Shown: positions 31,901 to 40,742 of the stretch, piece by piece | Position numbering within the stretch: the stretch's first letter is position 1 | Layout of the letters: each line of letters opens with the position of its first letter | NCBI GenBank assembly: GCA_963758525.1 | Contig: CAVWVQ010000003.1 | Span: forward strand, 2,400,001 to 2,464,000 | DNA: 64,000 nucleotides | Source: an uncultured Phycisphaerales bacterium | GTDB lineage: Bacteria; Planctomycetota; Phycisphaerae; Tepidisphaerales; Tepidisphaeraceae | Direction: 5' to 3' | Made by a program: the position numbers and the translations under genes | Notes under the pieces: generated by a model | Databases searched by the model: none | The model's input: only the letters and a program-made list of their open reading frames with translations | Told to the model about the DNA's origin: nothing

Positions 31901-32359
31901 GCGTTGGTGCACCGCGAGCGCTTCCGTCCAGCGGCCAAGCGAGTAAAGACAGCCCGCATAATCCGTCATGCCAATCGCAAAGTTCGGATCATCCTTCGCG
32001 CCATAGAGCCTTTCGTACATCTCTCCCGACTGCTCGTATTTGCTGACCGCATCCGCCGGGCGTCCTACCGCCTGCAGGAAAACGCCGACGTAGTACAGGT
32101 TCGTCACGACGTCCCGGTTATCCTGATTCGGATAGAGACGCTGCCGCATTTCCAAAGCCGCCTGGCATTTTTTCAGTGCCTGCGGATATTGCCCCAGCGA
32201 GCCAAGAAATGTGCCGATTGCCTGGAGCTGGGCTGCCGCCGCCGGTGAGTCGCCGGCGAGCCGCGTTGTTGGCTGTGTTGTGGACTGCGTCGAAATCGGC
32301 TGAGCGATAAGGAGCGACGGTACAGCCAGCACCAGAGCACCACGCACCAGCGGGTGCAT
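28907..32359 (-). CDS. Secreted TPR-CHAT (caspase-like) protease with PDZ insertion
   Basis: Signal peptide, ~9 kinesin-light-chain-type TPRs, VVPDGALDRLPLETL, HLATHG (His), VVLSACDS (Cys), VIASLWEVDD, PFFWAPF. PDZ segment GVLVNDVKPGSIGQRIGLAPGCVIVSLDG. Confidence 0.9.
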   Translation of the reverse strand: MHPLVRGALVLAVPSLLIAQPISTQSTTQPTTRLAGDSPAAAAQLQAIGTFLGSLGQYPQALKKCQAALEMRQRLYPNQDNRDVVTNLYYVGVFLQAVGRPADAVSKYEQSGEMYERLYGAKDDPNFAIGMTDYAGCLYSLGRWTEALAVHQRVLGIRQRIAGDKDNIAVAQSLRNVSLLLFVLGHRADALPKAEQALAMCQRLSGGKDDIEVARSLVLLAQILEGFGRAAEAYPKIEQALAIEHRLYGDSDTGDTALGLEDLAMCLQALGRFDEALPKMEQAMAMGYRLCGKKDNAEMAVGLNNLACCLHNVGRTEEALAKFQEALAMGQRLAGGTEVPGLALAMGNIGYCLDELGRPKEALPVHEQSLAIVQRLLGKSDHPGVAMALSNMAVTLEALGRNSEAAADLAQALSIAQRLHAVEGCRYASQLGRLQLDQRQPEKAVESFKTAIEGLEQVRLSFGGTDQDRMKFFSLAEQKLGPFRGMVTAQLQLGRADLALEYLERGRSRSLLDTLERGDRLQGGDVLGAARKKAQASGDLALVAQIDQAQADFAAAEDRMAQTRAILNKLIGNSAEASRLADCEKALGSDEDACLAAQRVVYNLAAEHGAADIKPLSADQIQASLGPSQRMLVFSVSDVGADVFLVGPPGAPIIGRPLHWADGRNVDAASLREAVIRYLSTILREGQSVRGARLAPEERAQAATQPSQTNLGYELFQALVPKDVWDQLRPAELTYVVPDGALDRLPLETLLVSAPVSTESVAQRHYWLDDGPPLAYGPSATVLVNRLKAHREQVERFAAGHGPSRQAVLLGDGIFQRRAQPVVAAPAQGVLVNDVKPGSIGQRIGLAPGCVIVSLDGHRVISMEQFQQARAQLLLAHADDPSLPMPIIRFWRDGQWLSPAMPLDGKVGITAQSAQGHAVASAGHVPDVGSEMASALRGGYANGALPSLPGTRVEVETIYQTLAGHSYAAQVPGDTPGSIVVLLGEDATNQRLSSAAAGARYVHLATHGLMEHGDRAVYSSVALTEPMVPTQQDTGFLTLADLFDNWWGKLADAQLVVLSACDSVGDSRDTSGGEGVFGLPWGFMYAGSPAVIASLWEVDDASTAQMMGHLYQRLQNATPLQAFVEVRKELRAKRPEPFFWAPFVYIGCPN

Positions 32360-32519
32360 TGCTGTGACTGTGGCTGCCGAATATGCATGACGCTTGCCTG
32401 TCAGTCGTTACGATCCCGGCTGCACTCGACTGCAAGGCTGAGTTTCAATTATACAGAAACTCAGGCTTGAAAAGGACGGGTCCGGGTCTTTCCGGCGCGG
32501 GAAAGTATAGTGGACGATT

Positions 32520-34475
32520 ATGAGCGAAAGCGAAAGCTTGGAAGAACTCGTGCGGGAGACGGTCGAGGTCACCGGAGCATCGCTCCCTGCACTGCTGGAG
32601 AAGGACGCTCCGATCCTCGATCGGGCCGCGATCAGTGCTGACGGGCCGGGAGATTTCTATCTTGTCGGTCTGATCGGGGGCAAGGAAGTGGGCAAAAGCG
32701 CCTTGGTCAACGCCCTGGCGGGGGAGAAGGTGACAGTCAGCACCGCGTATGGGCCGGGGACGGAAGTGGCAATCGCTTACGCGCACGCTTCTCAGGAGGG
32801 CGGGGTGGGTGCGCTCCTGGAGCGGATCGTTCCGGGAAAGTTTCGCGTCGTGAAACATCAGGTGGCCGACCTGCGCGGGCTGGTGCTTCTGGATTTGCCG
32901 GATATCGACAGCCATTACCGGGATCATCTGCAGACCACCCGCGCGGTGCTCCGGCATCTGCTTTTTCCCGTGTGGGTCGGAAGCGTGGAGAAATATGCGG
33001 ATCAGCAGCCGATGCGATTGCTGGCGCAGGTGGCGGCGGGGAACGCGCCGGAGAATTTTGTGTTTTGTTTGAATAAGGGGGATCAAGTGGAAGAAGGCAC
33101 GGAGGCACGGAGGCACGGAGGCACGAAGGGTGAGGAAGGGGGAGGGGGAGAGGCACGGAGGCGCGAAGGCACGGAGGCAGCGGAGGGACAGGCACGAAGG
33201 CACCAAGGCACGGAGGCACGAAGGGAAGGAACGGGGGGAGAGGATTCTGTCTCGGCTCCGCGTTTGTCTGCTGCACCTTTCTCCCCTCCACTTTCTGCTT
33301 CTCTGCTCTCTCGCGCGGGGGGCGAGGCGGTGGAAGAGTTGCGGGAGGATTATGCGGAAAGAATTGGCAGGACATTGGGTTTGGCCAGCGCGCCGCGGGT
33401 GTTTGTGATTAGCGCGATTCAACCTTTGCGGTTTGACTTGCCGGAACTGCGGGGGATGTTGATGCGGGCAAAGGCCGCTTCGGTCGTCAAAGAGTCGAAG
33501 GAACTTGCGACGCAACGGCAGGAGCGGTCGCTATTGAGTTGGTTGGGCACGCAGGAACTGCCGGTTCGGGCGCGGCGGCTGGCGCGGTTGCGGGAGGAGG
33601 CGGAGGAGTTGCTCTCCAACCGGCTGGGGGCGGCGCTGCTGGAGCGCATGGCGCCGCGCCTCGCCGCCGACGCGGGGGCGCGGCTGGCGATCGGGGATGA
33701 AGTGCTCGAAGAGCGAGTGGCGCGCTGGCCGATCGTGAATCTGGTGCATACGCTGTTTTCCCCGTTTCTGGTCATGGCGCGTGGCATGACCTCGCGGCAG
33801 GCGGTGGCGCCGCGAAGCGCCGAAAGCCTCGTGGACGCGTGCATGCGCGAGACGGAGGAGCCGGTGTCGACGCTGCTGCAGTCGGCCTTCGGGCAGTTGC
33901 GCCGATCGCAGCCGATCGTGGGAGAGTTGTATGCGGGGAATAAATTGTGGGAATCGGCCCCGGCCGATGCCGCGGCGGGGGAGTTGTCGCGCCGGTTGTC
34001 GCAGACGCTGCTGCATCAGCGTGCAGCCGTGCGCCAGCAGATGGCCGGGCGCGGGGCATGGGCTGGCCTGCCGATCCGCTGGCTGCTCACGATCGGCGCG
34101 GTGCTCTGGTTTCCGTTTGTGCAGCCGATTCTCAGCGAGGCGATGGCGAGTCATCGATCCGTCAGTTCACTGGCAGCAGCGGCACTGGTGATTGAAGTGC
34201 TCGGCGTCGATTACCTGCTCAAAAGTGCAATCTTTCTGTCGATTTGGTTTGTCGTGCTCTGGCTCGTCCTGAGATGGAACACCCAGCGCACAGTCGATCG
34301 TCTCGTGCAACGATGGGGCTCGGCGGATGTCGCCGACGCGTCAGTGAACCTCAGCGCGCAGTCGATGCAGTGGATGGAAGATCTCCTGTCGCCGATCCGG
34401 AATTCGGAGGAGCGGATCCTTTCGCTGGCCAAGCGGGTTGAGCAGTTTGACGAATCGACTCGCCGGGCGGGATGA
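32520..34475 (+). CDS. Dynamin-like/TRAFAC GTPase with C-terminal TM helices and in-frame repeat insertion
   Basis: G1 GGKEVGKS, G3 DLPDIDS, G4 NKGD, helical stalk and two TM segments. Confidence 0.82.
   Translation: MSESESLEELVRETVEVTGASLPALLEKDAPILDRAAISADGPGDFYLVGLIGGKEVGKSALVNALAGEKVTVSTAYGPGTEVAIAYAHASQEGGVGALLERIVPGKFRVVKHQVADLRGLVLLDLPDIDSHYRDHLQTTRAVLRHLLFPVWVGSVEKYADQQPMRLLAQVAAGNAPENFVFCLNKGDQVEEGTEARRHGGTKGEEGGGGEARRREGTEAAEGQARRHQGTEARREGTGGEDSVSAPRLSAAPFSPPLSASLLSRAGGEAVEELREDYAERIGRTLGLASAPRVFVISAIQPLRFDLPELRGMLMRAKAASVVKESKELATQRQERSLLSWLGTQELPVRARRLARLREEAEELLSNRLGAALLERMAPRLAADAGARLAIGDEVLEERVARWPIVNLVHTLFSPFLVMARGMTSRQAVAPRSAESLVDACMRETEEPVSTLLQSAFGQLRRSQPIVGELYAGNKLWESAPADAAAGELSRRLSQTLLHQRAAVRQQMAGRGAWAGLPIRWLLTIGAVLWFPFVQPILSEAMASHRSVSSLAAAALVIEVLGVDYLLKSAIFLSIWFVVLWLVLRWNTQRTVDRLVQRWGSADVADASVNLSAQSMQWMEDLLSPIRNSEERILSLAKRVEQFDESTRRAG
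33093..33325 (+). repeat. GGCACG(G/A)A octamer array plus pyrimidine-rich tail, inside the GTPase ORF
   Basis: About 10 octamer copies, then GGATTCTGT..GCTCCG..CACTTTCT..CTCTCGCGC. Homologous to the intergenic element at 51083-51233. Confidence 0.85.
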
Positions 34476-34500
34476 CGAAACTGCGGGATTTCGCGCAGAA

Positions 34501-34592
34501 ACCGAGGGTGCAAGCACCGCTCGGCGTTCACGTTTTAAATCGCCGCTGACTGACAGAGATCTCCGAACGCCGAGGGTGCTTGCACCCTCGGT
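34501..34592. repeat. REP doublet (ACCGAGGGTGCAAGCACCGCTCGGCGTTC family)
   Basis: ~29-bp inverted arms between convergent genes. Second copy at 39089-39169. Confidence 0.85.
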
Positions 34593-34605
34593 ATCGCGCT
34601 CCCGT

Positions 34606-35037
34606 TCACGCACCCGCAGATGAACTCTGCAAATGGGCATGCGCCAGCCGAAGGATTTCGCGCGAGCTTGCGTAGGTGAGTCGCTTCATGGCGGGTTCGA
34701 AGGGCAGATACGCGAAACCAACGTGTTCGTCGCTCAGGCGGATAGTGCCCTGTCCCACTTCGGCGAGGAAAAAAACAACCGTCTTGTGAACCAACTGATG
34801 CTTGCGATCGCGAAAGTAGTAGTTAATTTCCTGGTGGAAGCCTGCCATCGGCGTAGGATTGGCTAGTGACGTCTCTTCCTGCAACTCGCGCACTGCCGCC
34901 GTCAGATCGTCTTCCCCTTTTTCCACGTGCCCCTTGGTGAAGTCCCAATGTCTTCCATAATCCAAGAGCAGATATTCCCAATCAGCCGCGCTGCGACGGA
35001 AGATCACGAATCCGGCCGAGCGCTGAATGCGGGACAT
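34606..35037 (-). CDS. NUDIX hydrolase, Ap4A hydrolase-like
   Basis: SAGFVIFR..YLLL..HWDFTKGHVEKGEDDLTAAVRELQEETSL (Nudix box), KTVVFFLA, LSDEH. Confidence 0.9.
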   Translation of the reverse strand: MSRIQRSAGFVIFRRSAADWEYLLLDYGRHWDFTKGHVEKGEDDLTAAVRELQEETSLANPTPMAGFHQEINYYFRDRKHQLVHKTVVFFLAEVGQGTIRLSDEHVGFAYLPFEPAMKRLTYASSREILRLAHAHLQSSSAGA

Positions 35038-35165
35038 GAAAAGGCTTTTAACGAAGCGCCGCGGCGGCTGCAAGGGTTGCAGCGCCGCGGCAAGGTAAAA
35101 CGTTACGACAGAGGCTGTCCCGCCCCAGGCTCACGGCGAACCATTATGAGAATGCGTAGCCCGGC

Positions 35166-35345
35166 CTATACCGCGGCTCCGTTAATCATCCGGATAATGA
35201 AGATGATGACCGCAAGGACGAGGAAGATTCCCAGCACCATCTTGCCCATCCCGGCGCTCATTCCCGCCACTCCCTTGGCGCCCAATACATAAGCGACCAG
35301 TGCGATTACCAAAAACACCAGACCGGCGGAAAGCAGCGTATCCAT
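35166..35345 (-). CDS. DUF1328 (UPF0391) small membrane protein, 59 aa
   Basis: Manual translation MDTLLSAGLVFLVIALVAYVLGAKGVAGMSAGMGKMVLGIFLVLAVIIFIIRMINGAAV with an AGGAG RBS. Below the ORF-track cutoff. Confidence 0.85.
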   Translation of the reverse strand: MDTLLSAGLVFLVIALVAYVLGAKGVAGMSAGMGKMVLGIFLVLAVIIFIIRMINGAAV

Positions 35346-35410
35346 GGGAGAGCTCCTGAGTGAGGGGTTATCATTTCGCGGGCCGCGCCCGCTAAACTTG
35401 CATTGAGCTA

Positions 35411-36330
35411 GGCTCTGTCTGACGGATCGAATGTTCGGCGCTCGTTAGGTATTGCGCGTTCTTCTATGATCGTCATGATGTTCTCCACATGGAGGACAGA
35501 TGGCGCACTACGAACTCACGGATGATCACTGGAACCTGATCAAGGCACTTTTCCCCGTACAAAAACGTGGCGGACGATGGAACGACCACCGCATCACGCT
35601 CAATGGGATGCTCTGGATTCTTCGCTCCGGAGCTCCATGGCGAGACATGCCCGAACGCTACGGGAAATGGAAGAGCGTCTATGATCGCTTCAACCGCTGG
35701 CGGCGCGAAGGCTTCTTCGATCGCATCCTCAAAGCACTGCGGATTCGACTCAACAAGGAGGGCAAGATCGATTGGGATCTCTGGCTCGTCGACGGCTCCA
35801 ATGTGCGTGCTTCTCGCGCTGCCGCCGGGCGCAAAAAGGGGGCGCGGCCTCGACTTCGAACCGGCCGACCACGCGCTGGGCCGCTCGCGCGGCGGATGGG
35901 GATCAAAGTTCCACGTGGTTACTGACGGAAAGGGCCTTGTGCTCGCCGTCACCGTTACCGCGGGGCAAACGCACGAATCCACGCAGCTCCACAAGGTGAT
36001 GCACGCGGTGCAGCACCCCTGCACATCGGCTGGCCGGGGAAGATCGCGGGCGACAAAGGGTACAGCTACGAAACCGTTCGCCAGTTCCTGGCCGATTGCG
36101 GGATCGAAGCCGTCATCCCGCGCAAATCCAATCAGCCACGACCAAAGGGCGAGCGATTCGATAAAAGCAGCTACCGCAAACGAAGCCGCATCGAGTGTGC
36201 TATCGGATGGCTCAAGGAATGTCGTCGGCTGGGAACACGCTATGAGAAGCTGGCTCTTAACTTCTTGAGCTTCGCCAAACTCGCTATCATGCTGAAATAC
36301 CTGAGGGTTCTCGATCCGTCAGACAGAGCC
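35411..36330 (+). mobile_element. IS5-family insertion sequence (IS427-like subgroup), 920 bp
   Basis: Perfect 20-bp TIRs GGCTCTGTCTGACGGATCGA / TCGATCCGTCAGACAGAGCC. TA duplicated within a CTAG target. Confidence 0.93.
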
Positions 36331-36333
36331 TAG
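35500..36333 (+). CDS. IS5 transposase (OrfA/OrfB; slippery A-run at 35833-35842, further indel near 36020)
   Basis: LTDDHWNLI..NGMLWILRSGAPWRDMPERYGKWKSVYDRFNRW, VDGSNVRA, GRSRGGWGSKFH, DKGY, YRKRSRIE..LKECRRLGTRYEK. Confidence 0.9.
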
Positions 36334-36412
36334 TGGCAAATGGTGGGCCAGCGCGATGTTTACGTGTGTCCCCCTCATGTCCGACAGATGCAACGGACAG
36401 ATGTGTTAGCCC

Positions 36413-37990
36413 ATGGCGGATGACAGCAACAATTTGTCGCGTTCCATTTCTCAATGGCACAGACTTCCAGAGCGAAGCGTCATGCGGTGGCTCAGTGGCC
36501 TTGTCCCTATTACCTGGAGCCGCAGCGCCGGATGGTATCTGCGACTGCTGGCGCTGATTTACCTCGCGGCGTTCATCTCCCTTTGGGTGCAGGTTGAGGG
36601 CTTAATCGGCAGCCAAGGCATCGCGCCGGTCGAACCCTACTTGCAGGCGGTGCGATCGCACATGGGATATATCCCGTGGTGGCAGGTGCCGACTCTTTGC
36701 TGGATGAATACATCCGATGGCTTCCTCTGGTTGCAATGCGGCGCCGGCGCGCTGCTGTCGATCGTCGCGGCGCTCGGGATCGCACAGGTTCCGGTTTTCG
36801 CATTGCTCTGGCTTCTTTATCTGTCATTGACGGTCGCGAGCCAGCAGTTTCTGGGATACCAATGGGACAATCTCCTGCTGGAGGCGGGATTCCTTGCGAT
36901 CTTTCTGGCGCCGGTGCAATGGCTCGCATGGAGGCCGCGCTGGGCGGAGCCGCCAGTCATCGTCATGTGGCTGCAGCGATGGCTGATCTTCCGTCTGATG
37001 TTTCTCTCCGGCGTGGTAAAGCTCAACAGCGGCGACCCCAATTGGCGCAACCTCACCGCGCTGACGTACCACTACTGGACGCAGCCGCTGCCGACGTGGA
37101 CAAGCTATTACGCGTCGCATTGGCCCGTCGGATTTCAGAAGTTTTCCGCGGTCAGCATGTTTGTGGTCGAATTGGGAATGCCGTTGCTGATGCTAGGGCC
37201 GCGCCGTCTGCGAACGGCCGCAGCCCTGGGCGTGATCGTGCTCCAGTTGCTTATTCTTGCTACGGGCAACTACGGCTTCTTCAATCTGCTGGCCATCGCG
37301 TTGTGCGTGCCGTTGCTGGATGATTCGATGTTGCCGAGGTTGTGGCCGGGGCTTGCCCGCGCGCCAACGTCGCAACGGCCAGTGTCTGAGCAACCACGGT
37401 TTTGGATCACGGCAGCCTTGGCCGTTGTTGTTGTCCTGGTGACGGGCGTGCAATTTGCACGCACGTGCGGGCTGATCAGCAACTCTCTGCCGCTTCCTCT
37501 CGAACTTGTATCTGAGACGCTTTCGCCGCTGCGCTCGATGAACTCGTATGGCTTGTTCGCCGTGATGACGACGCAGCGCCACGAATTGATCTTCGAGGGA
37601 AGCAACGACGCCGCGACGTGGAAGGAATACGGCTTCAAGTGGAAGCCGGGTGATGTGAAGAAGCGGCCGGCTTTTTGCATCCCGCACCTTCCGCGATTGG
37701 ACTGGCAGCTTTGGTTCGCCGCGCTCGATCCACAGGGCAACATGCCGACGATTGACGGGCTGGTGCGGGGGATTCTGCGCGGATCCAAGCCGGTGATGGG
37801 ATTGATGGATACAGACCCGTTCGCGGGTCGACCGCCGCGATACGTGCGTGTAAAGGTCTACGATTATCGATTCACGAACGCGAACGAGGGATCGCGAACG
37901 GGGGATTGGTGGGTACGCACCGATACGGGGATGCATACGGATGCCTACACTCTCGCCAATGTCGGATCGTCGGATTCAGGGAGTGAGTGA
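36413..37990 (+). CDS. Lipase maturation factor (LMF) family membrane protein
   Basis: GLIGSQGIAP, FLGYQWDNLLLEAGF, FRLMFLSGVVKL, HYWTQPLP, SYGLFAVMT, PHLPRLDWQLWFAAL. Confidence 0.92.
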   Translation: MADDSNNLSRSISQWHRLPERSVMRWLSGLVPITWSRSAGWYLRLLALIYLAAFISLWVQVEGLIGSQGIAPVEPYLQAVRSHMGYIPWWQVPTLCWMNTSDGFLWLQCGAGALLSIVAALGIAQVPVFALLWLLYLSLTVASQQFLGYQWDNLLLEAGFLAIFLAPVQWLAWRPRWAEPPVIVMWLQRWLIFRLMFLSGVVKLNSGDPNWRNLTALTYHYWTQPLPTWTSYYASHWPVGFQKFSAVSMFVVELGMPLLMLGPRRLRTAAALGVIVLQLLILATGNYGFFNLLAIALCVPLLDDSMLPRLWPGLARAPTSQRPVSEQPRFWITAALAVVVVLVTGVQFARTCGLISNSLPLPLELVSETLSPLRSMNSYGLFAVMTTQRHELIFEGSNDAATWKEYGFKWKPGDVKKRPAFCIPHLPRLDWQLWFAALDPQGNMPTIDGLVRGILRGSKPVMGLMDTDPFAGRPPRYVRVKVYDYRFTNANEGSRTGDWWVRTDTGMHTDAYTLANVGSSDSGSE

Positions 37991-38016
37991 AGGGTGCTGA
38001 TTGAGTTGCTTCGCGC

Positions 38017-38043
38017 GTGGCATGGGCGTCCCGTCGCCCATGC
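38017..38043. repeat. Single REP-like palindrome (GGCATGGGCG..CGCCCATGC)
   Basis: Hairpin related to the REP at 22779-22802. Confidence 0.55.
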
Positions 38044-38206
38044 GAGGTCCACCATGAGTAATAGCAATCAAATTTTCAGATGCGTCTTGATTGTCGACTT
38101 GATCAAACATTTCAATTCCGACGTTCTGGCAAAATCTGGGCTCTGCGGAAATGTCGTCCCACGCGGATCAGTGTGGACGGCAAATTGCCGATAACCAGTT
38201 AAAGAG

Positions 38207-39058
38207 ATGAGCTACGTCGTCTGTCAGATCTTCGGCGGCTTCGGCAATCAGCTTTTCCAGTATGCGGCCGCGCAGAGCGTCGCCGCTGCGTCCGGCCGAA
38301 AGCTGCTCCTCTGGCCCGCAACCCACCTCACCCCCGACCGGCCCTATGCCTTGAGCAAGGTCGCTCCCCCCGAGCAGTTGATCACACATTCTCGCAACCG
38401 GATGTTGCAGTGGTATGTCGAGCCGAAGAGCGCGCGCGTCACGCGGACCATCGCGGCACTTCTGCGGCTTTCCTGCCGAGTCACCTGGCTGATCGACAAG
38501 CAGAAAGGGTACGACCCGAGCATCGAGTCGATTCCAGGGATTCTGGTGCTGATGGGATTCTGGCAGAGCGAACGCTATTTCTCTCAGTCGAAAGAAAAGG
38601 TCGCCGGGACAATTCGCCGCGCGTTTGGAATTGAGCCGGTCTCTAATGCAGACACGTCGGTATGCATCCACGTCAGACGCGGCGATTACATCGGCAACGG
38701 CCATCTGTCTCTCACGCCGATGAGCTACTTCGAGCAGGCGATTTCGTACATGCGATCGAAACTGGGGGCTCCGCAGTTCACGGTCTTCTCCGACGACCCG
38801 CAATGGTGCCGCGAGCAGTTCCGCGGATTCGCCGACGTGACGGTCCCTGACAACTCCGGCCGGCAGGAAGATCAGTTTCGGGAATTTTCCCAGATGGCGG
38901 GATTCGGCCATTTCATCATCTCCAACAGCACCTTCAGTTGGTGGGCCGCCTATCTGGGCACGCACCCCGGGAAAATCGTGGTCGCGCCAAAGCGATGGTT
39001 TTTGCCCCAAGCCAAGGCAGACTTTGATCCTGGACTGGACGGATGGGTGAGATTGTAG
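38207..39058 (+). CDS. GT11 alpha-1,2-fucosyltransferase
   Basis: GGFGNQLFQYA, GFWQSERYF, IHVRRGDY, VFSDD, IISNSTFSWWAAYL. Confidence 0.93.
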   Translation: MSYVVCQIFGGFGNQLFQYAAAQSVAAASGRKLLLWPATHLTPDRPYALSKVAPPEQLITHSRNRMLQWYVEPKSARVTRTIAALLRLSCRVTWLIDKQKGYDPSIESIPGILVLMGFWQSERYFSQSKEKVAGTIRRAFGIEPVSNADTSVCIHVRRGDYIGNGHLSLTPMSYFEQAISYMRSKLGAPQFTVFSDDPQWCREQFRGFADVTVPDNSGRQEDQFREFSQMAGFGHFIISNSTFSWWAAYLGTHPGKIVVAPKRWFLPQAKADFDPGLDGWVRL

Positions 39059-39088
39059 TTGCCACGCGCCAGCGAGGGTTTGGGAGCC

Positions 39089-39169
39089 GGGGAACCGAGG
39101 GTGCGAGCACCGCTTGGCGTTGGGGAGACCATCGCGAACGCCGAGCGGTGCTTGCACCCTCGGTTCCCC
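39089..39169. repeat. REP doublet, same family as 34501-34592
   Basis: GGGGAACCGAGGGTGCGAGCACCGCTTGGCGTT ... AACGCCGAGCGGTGCTTGCACCCTCGGTTCCCC. Confidence 0.85.
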
Positions 39170-39368
39170 GGACGCTGCCCTATTGCGGCGCACGAAAAGC
39201 TTCACTCTCAATGGGTCAAGGCACCACTTTTAGCAGCATCGGCATCCCGCACGTCTTTTTTCCCGCTTTGAAGGCGAAGATTCCCGAATTTACGGCGCGA
39301 TTCAGTCGATCCGCGTTACAATGAACGGCGGTCGAATCGGGCCGCCGGGGGAAAGAAAGGGATAGGCC

Positions 39369-39950
39369 ATGTCCACACTCTGCCCCAGTTGCGCCTCCAG
39401 GAACCTGGAAGGCGCTGACGAATGTTCGTTCTGCGGCGCGGATCTGCGATCCGTGGCGCTAGGCTCGGACCGCGGCGAAGAGGAACCGTCGGCGATGCAT
39501 CTGCCGCTGACGGCGATGGATCTCACCGTGGCCCACGCCGTCGCGCCAGACGCGCCGGTTGCCGACGCGGTGGACCTTCTGGTGGAGCAAAACATCGACA
39601 TTGTGCAAGTCGTCGAGAACAACCAGTTGATCGGCGTCTTGTCCGTGCGCGACGTCATGACGCGCTTGGGAGTCGATTATCCGGCCAAGCTCTCGCGACC
39701 GGTGCGCGAGTTCATGACCACGCGCGTCGAAACGCTGCCGCCCAATGCGCCGATTACGTTCGGCATCAACAAGATGGACGTCGGCGGATATCGCCACGTG
39801 CCGATCGTCCAGGACGGCCGGGTGGTCGGCGTCGCTTCCGCGCTGGATATGATGCGTTATCTGCTCAAAACCAGCCGCGAAGACACGGGTACGCAAGGGA
39901 CGATGACGCCCCCTTTTGACGCAGGGCCGCCCAGCGCCTTTTACACGTGA
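39369..39950 (+). CDS. Zinc-ribbon + CBS domain protein
   Basis: CPSC..CSFC followed by a CBS pair (GVLSVRD, GGYRHVPIV). Confidence 0.88.
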   Translation: MSTLCPSCASRNLEGADECSFCGADLRSVALGSDRGEEEPSAMHLPLTAMDLTVAHAVAPDAPVADAVDLLVEQNIDIVQVVENNQLIGVLSVRDVMTRLGVDYPAKLSRPVREFMTTRVETLPPNAPITFGINKMDVGGYRHVPIVQDGRVVGVASALDMMRYLLKTSREDTGTQGTMTPPFDAGPPSAFYT

Positions 39951-39981
39951 CGCCACTTGCCCGCGTGCGAAGCACTCCGAT

Positions 39982-40092
39982 TCCTTTAGCCGCCTCGCTC
40001 GCGAGGCGTGGCCAGCGGCGCCGCTTTGCGAACGGCGCTTCACGGCATATCCGCGCCGTTGGACACGCCTCGCGAGCGAGGCGGCTGAAGGA
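39982..40092. repeat. REP doublet (TTTAGCCGCCTCGCTCGCGAGGCGTG family)
   Basis: Long inverted arms between convergent genes. Confidence 0.85.
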
Positions 40093-40145
40093 GAAGGAAG
40101 TCGCTTCCGCGACTGCTGGGTGAGCAGACGACGAGGGGTTGACGA

Positions 40146-40742
40146 TCACCGCAAATTGAGAAACTCCAGCATGTGCTGCTCGAAGATCTTCTGCGCCTTG
40201 GGATCGTTAAGCGGAAGCCGCAGCTCGTTGATGACTTTGGTCCCCATGCCGATCCACTCGCGCCAGCAGTCGGCGCAGATTTTTGCGAAGATCTCCTGGC
40301 CTTGGGCATTGGAGAAAGGGGCCGACGCCATCCGCCGCGCCACCCGGCCGCAGCGCTGACACAAGACCTCACCCTCGCCGACCGGCTTCTCCACCCCGCT
40401 GGCCTTCAGTTCCGGAACGGGCGCCCCAAGCTCCTTGAGCTCGCGCAGCATGTCGTTCTTCGGCATCACGTCGCCGCGCTCGTGGGCCACGTTCACACCA
40501 GCGGTCAGTTGCTCGATCGCCTGATCCTTCTGCCCCAGTTTCAGCAGCGCGGCGGCCAGCAGTTGATACGCCTTGCTCAGCTTCGGATTCAGCGCCAGAC
40601 AGCGTTTCAGGCTGGCGGCAGCTTCCGTGGCGTTGCCCGCGTCAAGATACGCCCGGCCCAGCGAAAAATGCCCAAGTTCATTGTTCGGGTCATCCGTCGC
40701 CATCTTTTTGAACTGTTCGATTCGGCTCGCGCTATCGGCCAT
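40146..40742 (-). CDS. TPR + YggX-like Fe(II)-trafficking/oxidative damage protection protein
   Basis: N-terminal TPRs (DPNNELGHFSLG). C-terminal C..C..GQEIFAKICADCWREW..TKVINELRL. Confidence 0.88.
   Translation of the reverse strand: MADSASRIEQFKKMATDDPNNELGHFSLGRAYLDAGNATEAAASLKRCLALNPKLSKAYQLLAAALLKLGQKDQAIEQLTAGVNVAHERGDVMPKNDMLRELKELGAPVPELKASGVEKPVGEGEVLCQRCGRVARRMASAPFSNAQGQEIFAKICADCWREWIGMGTKVINELRLPLNDPKAQKIFEQHMLEFLNLR

Noticed and set aside
28907..32359. TPR-CHAT as Craspase (type III-E CRISPR) component
   Set aside because: No Cas7-11, Csx30/31 or array in the window, and the protein has a signal peptide.
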